From positions 1 to 64,000 of the forward strand of contig DF237461.1 in assembly GCA_000708835.1 (NCBI GenBank): DNA of 64,000 bases. Direction: 5' to 3'. This DNA comes from Klebsormidium nitens (lineage: Eukaryota; Plantae; Klebsormidiophyceae). A model generated the notes under the pieces. It was not told the DNA's origin, made no database searches, and saw only the letters and a list, made by a program, of their open reading frames with translations. The translations under genes were made by a program, and so were the position numbers. Of this stretch, positions 1 through 10,457 are shown one piece after another; position 1 is the stretch's first letter; the number at the start of each line of letters is the position of its first letter.

Positions 1-18
1 GATTGTAAAATGGGCTCA

Positions 19-104
19 GTGCGAAAAAATAAAAACTATCCCATAACCTGGTGCGAAATGCCAGAACTTTAGAAATTAATTATTCGCACCAAGCTGGTGC
101 GAAT
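19..104. repeat. Short inverted-repeat cluster (GTGCGAA motif x4) in an intron of the kelch gene, possibly the end of a small element
   Basis: ATTCGCACCA-agc-TGGTGCGAAT forms a 10-bp hairpin at 82-104. Further GTGCGAA copies lie near 20 and 50 in AT-rich sequence. Confidence 0.45.
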
Positions 105-304
105 GGCAATGTCTCTACGGTAGTAGGACCTTGATTGTCACCACTAGCTGGGGTTATTGGTACTTCTTTTAGAGTCTTTTGCCAAGATTGTGTGTTGATT
201 TGCATCATGGTCGATCGAAGGGGTGACTTTAATCGACCTTGTGTGAGACAAGGTCATTCATATGTGGTGGCTCTAAGTAAAATCGCTTCCCGCTCCTCGT
301 ACAG

Positions 305-2561
305 CTCTACTTGATTGGTGGCTACGGGATCGACTATACCTTCCCGAACCAGACTGAGATGTACGATCCACAAACGAACAGGTGAGTTGTGTCGTTTCTT
401 TAGACTTGTCCAAGAGTCTGATTTTTTTTAAACGCCAATGGTACAGAACCTGCAGAAGTGGCACCTGAGGACGGTGACTGGGATCGGCCCTTTTTAGGAA
501 ACTTGGGGTCACGGTTGAAGCGGTCCTGTGACAAAGACTCGAGCCTTGGACATTCAGGAGATCCTCGAGGGACTCTGTCAGACTTGCCGCTGTTTCAGGC
601 GCCTGGTCTTCTGAAGTTCATCTCTGGAAGTTTGGGGCGTACTGCGCCTGGACTCCCTTATGTGGAATGCCGAGAGGAGTCGATAACACCTTAAGTGATT
701 TCCCTACAGTCTCTAGCACAACTTCCTCAGTCTTGCGGCCCTCTTTGGATCAGGATACTTGTCACTTACGCAGTTCGAACTTGTAAGATTTTCTTTACAT
801 ACTTGCAGATGGACTCAAGTCGCTGACATCCCCACCCCTCGCGGGGACCTCATGTGCGCCTCGCTCAACGGCCTCGTCTATGCCATCGGGGGCTACTACG
901 TAAGCGGCTGGGCGCAGCTCAATTTGAAAGATCAAGATTTGTTTCCTTCCTGTTGTGAACGGTGACCTTCGACAGTCTTGCAATGTCAAAAATGCGATTA
1001 TGGTTTGAATACTACTTTGATGGCAGCGGATGCTTCATGAGACTCTTTCTTGGTAGGGCCGCAACTTCAGCGGGCAGTCTTGTTCCCTAGTGTTGTTCAC
1101 TTCACATGTCTGGATGACTAGTCTAATCGGATCAGGTGGAGAGGCTTTTGACAAACATCCTTGCAAGCTTGAAGTTTTGTCCTGATTATCAAGCTCAGTT
1201 CTACTTGAAACAATAAACCAACAGCTTTGTGCTCTTTCATTTGTCTTCTTTCGTCCCGTTTTGGTCGGCCGATGTTGGCATGGTCACGCTATATCCAAAC
1301 GCTGCCTTTTGCTGCGTTGCAGGATTCTACGAATCAATTCCTTGCCAACCAATTTTCGTTCAAGAATGAGGTTTACGATCCTAGAACCAACAAGTGGACC
1401 ACCAAGGCGCCCATGCTCACGGCCCGGGGGGATGCGGTGAGTCTGTTGGAAATGAAAACTCTTTACGCTGGCTGGGCCTGTTTCTTAACGTTTGTTGAGT
1501 GCCCTTCTCTCAAAAGCCTCGTTTGAGCAATTGTTGCAGCAAGAACGGAGCTTGCTCGGACGATGGAACGGGTCCTCTCCTGGGTGAACTTGAAGGGCTT
1601 TGTTTTGGATGGACAAGTCGTTTGGACGATTCTTTGGACGAACTTGACGGATCTCGCGTTCTAGAGCTGCGCAGGGGGTTGACCAAGTTGCACGCTTGTG
1701 ACTGTAGGGGATCGCTGTCCTGGACAACGACCGTATTCTGGTGGTGGGAGGCGAAGGGCACATCCGCAACGACTCCAACATCAAGGTGCCGAGGCACGTC
1801 AACGAGGTGAGGACCCAACGCCGTTCTTTGTGGTCCTCCGGAAGCAGCAGGGACCATACGGCTGGTTGCTGCGAGTTCCGGAAGCAGCAAAGACCAAACG
1901 GTCGAAGCTCGATACTCTGGCGCTACCTCAGCACAACTTTGCTGCATGAGTGCGAGGAGAAGAAAGCTTTGTCAGACTTTGACCCTGGAACAAGGACGAG
2001 ACCCCTTACCTTTTGCGGGTAAGGGGTTTGTGGCAGGATTGCTCGAGCTGAATTTGTATTCAGCTACAAGGTCTGCTTGTCGCTGATTCTTTCCAGTCCT
2101 TTGAGCTGCGATCCGATTGTCCGCTCCATGCCTTGGTCACGTGCATCCGAGAAGTCAACGCCTTCTTTTGGCATTCCTGCCAAAACCTTCGAGTGTGACC
2201 ACTTCGCTGTAAAACGGTTACCAATCTTCTGGGCAAGCAGAAGGGCCCACTCAAAACGACGTGTCAGAAAGTTTTTTTGGTGATCCTCCCTTCCGTTTTG
2301 CAGGTGTACTATGCTGTTGACGACGTGTGGGTTCAGAAGGGCATGATCCCCACCGCTCGTTTCCGCTGCGGAGCCGCTGATGCGGGAGGTTTAGCATTCG
2401 TTTTTGGGGGCGCCGATCTGTGCCCCGATGGTAACCTAGGCTGCCCGGCGCAAACTACCGTAGAGGTCTTCTTGGATGTGGTACACCCCCGCATCTACAT
2501 GTACCTGAAGGATCAACCGGAAGAGTCGGTAGACATCCCTGCAGGCACGAACCAAATCTAG
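305..2561 (+). CDS. Kelch-repeat (beta-propeller) protein, 5' part outside window. Exons 305-381, 809-899, 1323-1436, 1708-1806, 2304-2561
   Basis: Phase-consistent AG/GT-bounded exons give LYLIGGY...EMYDPQTNRWTQVADIPTPRGDLMCASLNGLVYAIGGYY...EVYDPRTNKWTTKAPMLTARGD...RILVVGG...VWVQKGMIPTARFRCGAADAGGLAFVFGG, i.e. repeated kelch GG / Y-D-P-x-x-x-x-W motifs. Confidence 0.9.
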
Positions 2562-3898
2562 GGGCCTGCCTAGCCGGGCCCCGGGGTCTCTGTGAGACCC
2601 CTTTTGTTGTTTCTTTGCATGATTGATTAGATAGACTGAGTATAGTTGCACGTCTCGTTTGGCATCCGCTGGTAGGAGGCCCTCGCGCGCTTTCGACGTA
2701 GGCCCACGAAGCTTGTATATTCTTTGCACATAGAATGCAAGCTAGCATAACCGGCAACAATCTGTCAGGATCTGATTGAGCTTGAGGCTGTAGTGCTGAT
2801 GTCACCAAACCGTCGGTAAAATTCTCTTCAAAGCTGCACCAACCCCTACGACGCACCTTAAATGTGTTTTTCACATCGGTGGCATCCGAAGTGCAGCTAA
2901 TGACTTGTCACCGAGCTGCTTTGATTGCTATAGAGCATCGATGCTGAAGCATGTTATTACGATCGGACCCTCATCGTGCACCCGGACCCCACCACCAGTG
3001 ATATCTAATTGAAAATTTTCCAATTAGAATGATGGTTAACCATCATTCCGACATGCACGTCAACAGCTGTTTCAGGTTGACTCTCAACCAGTATTGCTGA
3101 CTAGCCAATCTCTATTCTAAGTGGATCATGCACGGCATGTACGGTGAAGGTTATTCCTGCGGCGCTCTCTCATTTCTGGCAGCTTTGCCCGGCACTGCCA
3201 ACGGGTGCGGCGGCAGCTGAAACATGAAACAGATGATCGTTTGCTCTCAAGCTTCAGCTTTCAAAGTTCAGATTTCAGATCCAGTGTCGGCTTGAAGTTA
3301 CGTGTTTTATAAGGCCGATCTTTATGGACAGCGCGGAGTTAGCAAGGCCATCATTGCACTGATACCACGCCACGCCGACCTGTGGGCTGTCAGATCTCCG
3401 TTTTTACGTTCACCACTGTCACGTGCCATGTGTGCCTCGATCACTATAGAACGCATTGATCGATCTGGCCTCCTGGGCAATGGCTATAATAAGAAGCCCA
3501 CGCGCATGTGCCCCCGGCGGCACGCACGTGGGCGCTGATTGGTGGTTCGCCCAATGATATTAGTGGGGCCAATTCATCGCCAAGATTATACGCGCGACTT
3601 GTCAACATGCAAAGCTTCCTTAATTCATGTGGATAAGTTCGTGATCCTTCAGGCGCGCATTTCAGCTTGACTACATCGCATCTCAACCACCAGATTGTCT
3701 GCCGGGTAGGCCAGCTAGTGAAATCATGCAGGCCTTCTGTCCGATAACATCTTCTTGATTATGAATCTGGCCTCTTCAAACAACAACCTTTTCTAGGATC
3801 GACGTCAGAAACTTTCACCTTATTAGATTCAACTCCAACCCAGCACCTAGGGTCTCGCGGCCGCCTGACGACTCAATCTTTCTGAGCATAAGTGTTTA

Positions 3899-5632
3899 TT
3901 ACAGAAGTGAGAACACAAGTGCCGCCCCAGACACGAGCAGGACAAGCAGCGACACGGCCCCACGAGCAAACGCCCCGCTGGTGTAGGGCGCGCAAAATGT
4001 GGTCAAGTTCTGACCGTTGAGCTGCGTCCACGTGGAACCGTCGGCGGACAGCGTGGCACCCCCCAAGTCGACGGAGCTGAAGTACTTGGAGTAGAACGCA
4101 ACCCAGCACGCGTCGTAGTTGCTGTAGAGACACAAGGGGGGCCGGATCGTTCAAAGAGCGTCAATCTTCGAAGGGTGCGCAAGTAGGTCGCGATCGATGT
4201 TCATCGGGATTGGGTTCGAAATCTGACGGTACGTGCAACAGTTGATCGAGCCAAGCAAACGCACAGATCACGTACCTTGATTGCTGACAGAAGGGGCCAG
4301 GAGCCGGACGACCTATTACGAATGAAAGTGCAGAAAGCCGTTATCTACAGCATCTCTGAAGTCGCGTTGAGTTTGCTCTAATCGTTCGTCATCTGCTATT
4401 GAAGGCCAAGATTATGCCACTGGGATTAAAAGGAGGAGGCGGCCAAACTTACGAGCGAGCTCTGACGCAGTTCGGTTGGCAGAAGCCGACTGGGTTTGCA
4501 GCGGTGGCGGTGACCGTCGCATTTTGGGCGTCATAAACGCTGCCGGATGCCGTGACGGCAGCAGGGTCGAGGTACGGACACAACTTGTTCAGCTGCAAGA
4601 ATAAGCAAGGGAACAAGTGTGGGGCTGGATAAAAGGCACTTGACACAAGGTAAAAACGATTGTAACCAATGTAGATATCGACTGCAGGGCAGCTTCGAAG
4701 GGCAGACGTAGTCACAACCGACTTCAGACGAGCACGTTAAAGAGCATTTGGTATCCACGAGAAGAAACAAAGTCCTCCTCACAATTGCCACCAAATAGCA
4801 GGTTGCAAAACCGCCCCTTGTCTTACACGAATGCTAGACTGACATCCTGACGTTTCTGTCATCTTCTGTGAAATTTAGAACAGGCCGTCAAACTTGCTGC
4901 ACGTCCGCAGGGCTCGCATCTGACAGCCAATCCGCAGCTGCCGTCGCCTTTGAATATGCTAGCTTGATGCAAGTCTACAAGTCACTCCGTTGCTTTTTTA
5001 TGGATCCTTACCCCTGTCACACATCCCTGCATGTCGTTTCTGTAGGCCAGGGCCAACTGAGCACCAGAAGTGGCATAGTTGAAGTTCTCGCCTGTACGGG
5101 GGCAAGGTCGCTTGCCTGAGTCCATGCTGAAACCTAATTCTTCAGATGCAAGCTCAAGTGAAGTACTATCCATGAGCTAGCTTGCTCAACATCTCTAAAT
5201 CCTTAACACCGGAAGACGCAGGTGCTCTTCCTACTCATTTTCGGTTGAAGTAGTGTAGAACTTGGAACAAGCTGAAAGTGAGAGAGAACAAATACTACAA
5301 GGGTTCTGTGGTGGCATGTATTTTCTGCAATGCTTGCACCTCCTGGCCTTATCGTCTTGAGAGCACTCCCAATATCGCCTTATGAAGTCAGAATGAATCA
5401 AGTCACACCGTGGTGTAAGTCAGTTGCTGCAAGCTTAGTATCGCTTTCACATTCCGTTGCCCCACTCTATGTCGTGCCTACCTTTGACACAGGTGAAGCT
5501 TGTGCCTGCAAGGATGAGTATGACGGCCCAAACCCCATACGCATTCAAACTCCGTCTGCATGGCTGAGGCTGAGCAGATCTGCTGCTTGAAGCGGCGGTT
5601 CGGAGAGCAGCATTGAGGTCCGCTGGAGCCAT
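3899..5632 (-). CDS. Secreted 6-Cys protein with GPI-anchor-like tail, about 197 aa (paralogue A). Exons 5632-5482, 5091-5012, 4592-4453, 4121-3899
   Basis: Canonical splice sites with phases 1/0/2 join in frame. Hydrophobic N-terminal segment (VWAVILILAGTSFTCVKG), six Cys, C-terminal SGA followed by a hydrophobic tail (AVSLLVLLVSGAALVFSLL*). Cys spacing is shared with 6659-8913. Confidence 0.8.
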
Positions 5633-6658
5633 ATCTGCATGGGTTTCACCAGTTCACCAGCTGAGGAGCAGGTCTAGCAGGGCGCACTTCCCTTCTGGCG
5701 AAAGGCTCTGTCCAAACACAACTTCACTGCTGCAAACTTGCAACATTTATGAACAAGAAGTCCGGCGCAGGCGCAATGCAGGCCGTACACAATCTGGCAG
5801 ACAACGCTCACTCTGCCAAAGGCTGTGATCAGCGCCACTTTCCAGGTAACTCTTTTCACGTCTAAGTCACATTGTTTTGCTGTATGACTGGGGCATGATG
5901 TGGGTCAACTCTGCGGCTCAAGAGACGTGACACTGACAATATATATACGCTAAGCTCGCAAATGCAACATGTTTGGCAACAAGTGCTCTATAGGAAGTAC
6001 CGTACCTACCTGCACAACAGAAAGAGTGCATTTCTTGAGTACCTACTACTACTTTGGGTACAAATGCATGCAAGACCCATATTATGCTCCATAATTAAAT
6101 TGAATAAATGGAGGGCATTTCTGCATATCGCACGGTTTTGAGATTCTGTCGTGTACTTCGCACCGTCGATAAAAGCTGAAAGCTGCGTCGACGGACGTAT
6201 TTCTTACAGCACCGTTGGCACCAGTTCCGGTGCCAGCAGACAGGAAATAACGAAGCCAGTCTACGCGTACGATCCTTACATAGGTCTGGGTTTCGAAGCA
6301 AAGAGGAGGTCGAAACACAATCAATTGATACAGCTTGAAGCCAAAACGGCTGCGCCAGCACTGGATGCTCCGCCTCAGCTGCCAGTTCCGCATGAAGAAT
6401 ATCCAGTGCCACGCATCATTCCGCTATATGACAAGGAATCGCCAGGTTACGCAAGCCTGGTTGTGACAAAACCGTTACGCCAGCAACGACGGTGCAACTC
6501 GAGGGATGACTCTGACCAATTGAATACGCACAGCTTCAAAGCCATCAAGTGCGGCATCTGATCACGCCGTCAAAAGAGAAGACATAAGGGCCTTGAACGA
6601 CAGCACTTGATCAACATTTTCTTGCACGCCATTACAATTTGTGGAGCCACAAGCAAAG

Positions 6659-8913
6659 ATGGAGTCTGCAGGGAGAAGATGCAATGCTTCCCATCTTGCC
6701 GGCCTTCTTTTGCTTCTGATGGGTTTCCTCCAGGTCTGCAGAGTCCAGGGTGAGCATTTGGAGACTTCTGGATGTGGCAGCCACTTTTTGAACAAAGCTT
6801 CGTTGTCAGGCCAGAGGATGCAAATGAAGAACATTGCTTAGAGAGCTTCATGCAAAGCCTACAAAAAAATGAGGAGAGCCTTTTCAGCATTGCTTTAGTT
6901 TGTCGCCTGGTCAACATTCAAAAAGGGCCAAGTGGTGGTTATAACGGACGGCACTAGCATTCAGCCTCTTGCACTTCTGAAGCAATGCTGCAAAGCATCG
7001 GCCTGTGTAGTCCACCCAAGAGTTAATGACAAGTGACTTTTAGTGAAAGCAAAGCATGGGCGGTCGGCCGAAAGACCTGCTGGAAGGTGTGGTGGATGCT
7101 TCTGTTCAATGCTGGGGCTTCGACTTTACAAGGACTCTTGATGGCATCAGAAGCGTTCCAACCTTAAAGGACTCAAAGACTGACTATAACAACAAGCTTG
7201 AGTGGCTTCTGGTGTATAGCAGACCCCCAGTTGACGTAAAGTATGTCTCCTAGCTTCAAACGAATCGGATACAAGCAGCAATGGCTGTTACCTCAGAATA
7301 GCCAGTCCTAAGGAACCTGGTCAATTAGGTTCTTGTGGCGCTTGATATCCTTCGCTAGTTAGTATGGAATGCCAGCTGAAAAGGGACAAGCAATGGTTGA
7401 ATCACCAGGTTTAAACGCCTGAAGTAATGCTGAGCGCAGGAATAGAGCACGCTTTGCTCTCTTCGTACAGGTCAAGTGAACGCCACGCAAGCTGAGTACC
7501 TCGACCCTGACGCGCTGACTGCAATCAATGCTTGCTTCAATCGAGTGAGTATTTTGATTCGTCAAGGGAGTGAAAGCTTCTGCTCTCACACCGCTTTCCC
7601 CTCTTGAACAGTACGTTGCGGATCAAGTTAGGGGCAGGAAAGACAGGGCCTTTGAGCTGCTTCTCCTAGATTGCATATGCAACTCGTAATCTGGACGGGC
7701 TCTCATTTTCACATTTGGTCCGTTGCTGCAGTTGAATGGAAAGTGCCCCGACTCGCCGGCCAAGATGGCAGGGGGCAACCCCTTCTTCAACGTCACGAGC
7801 GGAACCATGAGCTACCTCATGAAGCAGTACTGCTGGGCCAACTGCGTGTCGGCACGGAACTCAATGGCGGTGAGCTCCGCCTTTCGACCCCTGCTTTTAC
7901 CTCTCAAAACCCAACGCAACGATCGGGTGAGAATCCTGAGATGCATGGCGGACACGTCCAAGACCTGTCAACATCGCGATGCCGAGGGTTGCAGGCTACT
8001 TGCTTGACTGAGCAGAATTTGAACATCGATTTTCAACTGTAGGCCTGTGCGTAGAATTTGAACAGCGATTTTCAACAAGAGGCCTGTGCGTCTGCTTGCC
8101 ACGGTTCGCCTGTTGTTCGTCGAGGCTGAGATTTGCTTAGCAAGCCTCTCGAACGTAAAGCCGAGAGTAACTTCCTCCTGACATGCTGAGAACTGAATCG
8201 CGGTGTAACCGCTTCCGCTGTGTCGTTGTCGAACTGACTACGTACGTATCAACCGCTTCAAAAGACGCGCAGGCAGCTCTCACCAGACTTCAGCTGTCGG
8301 CTCACATTATTATATCGCTCGGAAGTGAAGTGAGCGGTAGATCCTCAAGACAAGAACTTCGAAAGAAGCTTTTCCCGCATTCGAGCTCAGGCTGGCACTC
8401 GTCTCACCAAGCGTTTCTAACGTGCAAGAGGTAGTCTGAAGGACGACCCATGAAAAGGAAAAGCGGAGGCCGAAACGGGAATCACTCTCACCTCCCGTTC
8501 CTACATGGACGACAAGAATCTCCAAGGTCAAATAGTCCAACGCATAAGCGCAGAGTAACGCTCCCATCTCGTATCCCCCGCAGGCGTGCGCGGACAACGT
8601 CATCTCCCAGTACGACCTGAACGCCACCATGGCGCCGCTCTACTACCCGCCCGCCGAAGCCGCGGCCGCCATCGCGACCGCCAACATCGTCGTCACCATG
8701 CGCTCGCTGGCAGGGAGCGACACCATCACCACGAGCGCGGCCGCGGTGGCGGCGTCGAACGCGGACCTGGCGGAGCAGATCCTGAACTGGTGCGAGGTCA
8801 ACGACCCGAATCTGAAAGTCGTGATGTACTCGGGCGCGAGCAGGAGAGGCGTGCTTACGGCGTTGGGGCTGCTGGCGGGCTTGATGAGTGCGGTTGCCGC
8901 GATTGGGCTGTGA
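6659..8913 (+). CDS. Secreted 6-Cys protein with GPI-anchor-like tail, about 210 aa (paralogue B). Exons 6659-6749, 7471-7544, 7732-7869, 8584-8913
   Basis: Canonical splice sites with phases 1/0/0. Signal-peptide-like LAGLLLLLMGFLQVCRVQG, six Cys, SGASRRG followed by a hydrophobic tail (VLTALGLLAGLMSAVAAIGL*). GC3-rich last exon. Confidence 0.82.
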
Positions 8914-10457
8914 GAAATGTTTCGTGCGAGCGCTAGCTTGCAAGGGCCGGCGTGTCATGGAGACGAGGGCAGAGGTGGGATGCGCAAGCAGACGATGGTA
9001 CGTTCGCGGGAAGGTCTCTTGATTGACCGGCTGTGCAGAGTGTAGAGAAGAATAGACAGGTACAGAAAACCGAAAGCTGCGATAGGAGGATGCTTATACT
9101 AAATTACGCTTTTCGCGATCACTGATCTTAGGACTGATTGACTGCTTAGGTGGGTTGATATAATTAGGAAAACAAGACCGCGTAATCCTGATCCCGGGCC
9201 CGGCCGGGGAAGACCGAAAGGGTGAAGCCGACATATTGCAAGGAAAGATCAAAGGCGGGTTTGTCACGCATGCGATATAAAGAATGCAGGCAATACTGGT
9301 AGCAACGGTCCAAAGCTTAATAGCGGCGGCGGCCGCCCTCGACATCCCATGATGTGTACAATTGTTCGCTTTCAGCTGGTCAGTTGATTGTGCCTTTGGC
9401 AGGCAGCCGGATCATCAATGCACTCGCCGTATACGTACGGACGATTCTCTGGCTAGCAAAGGCCGTACAATGGAAGTACTCACGGACATCGTGAGATCTG
9501 TTTGCTGAATGCTGAGGCCGTCTGTAACGCAGACTGCTTTTGGTTGTGAGGAGCATCGAGTAGCTGGTAATCATGCAGGCAATATAGAAAAGGACGGCCG
9601 ATCCACGATTGCGCCCGCACGTGCGATTGGTAGCTGCATGTATATGTACGTGCTATAGGCCCCTAGCACTTAATTTGGCTAGCTAACGATCAAGCTTCTA
9701 ATTTGCATATCAGTGCCATGGAATTCATTGAACCTACGCGGTGCAAGTATCAGGGCGCAAGCGACATGCATATTCATGACGGCTTTCAGCTCCGATCGAA
9801 TATGCAATTGTTGTGTACCACCGTTGAAGAACAATCACCTGCGGAGGGCGATACACAGATACTTGGATCGTAGCAAGCTAGCTGAAGAATGCGGGCCCTA
9901 GCTCTTAAAGGTAATCAGCTTTCGAGGCCGGCCGTGCTGCCTAGAGGCCGCCACCCTAGCTGGCTCGATCATGCATCCACGTACGATTAAAGATTGGACT
10001 GGCCGCGATCGAAATTACCCTTGGACGTGGTAACTTCGTGTGCCGATGCATTCCCAAGAAAATCACTGGGAGAACGACGGTAGGTTCTGATCCGCGTTCG
10101 CAAGTACCGTGCGTCGATCGTACATGCAACCAGTGCGTTTTGCATGCCTGTTGGAGATTGTGACTGTGTTGCCCAGACTTGGCTGATCCTGGTCGCCGAG
10201 TCACTAAGTTACAGTCAGACAGTATACAAACAATGTCTCGTGTGTGGATAACCTCCGTGGCAGGCATTGCAGCTGAGACGGTTCGTCGATGAATCTCCCC
10301 CTGAATCGAAAACGTGTTCGGCCCGATAGAGTTGGCGGCACACGTACTCCTCATGTTTCTCAAGCGAAAACTTTAGAGCAAGCTCAGCTGATTCACGTTG
10401 GATGCCCTTGGGGCCTTGATAAAACACGGGACCCGTTGGCTGTCGGGGCCCGGCCTT

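Noticed and set aside
3004-3028. Near-perfect 25-nt AT-rich palindrome TCTAATTGAAAATTTTCCAATTAGA
   Set aside because: Isolated and AT-rich; treated as part of the general palindrome-rich convergent gap.
6151-6561. 136-codon plus-strand ORF between the two GPI-like genes
   Set aside because: GTG start, no recognisable motif and no splice link to the downstream gene; probably promoter or 5' UTR sequence. Not excluded without RNA data.
10215-10427. Minus-strand ORF containing CNACH (CxxCH heme-binding-like motif)
   Set aside because: It lies immediately 3' of the TRAPPC5 stop on the same strand (likely 3' UTR), has a non-ATG start and no cytochrome context; a single short motif is expected by chance.
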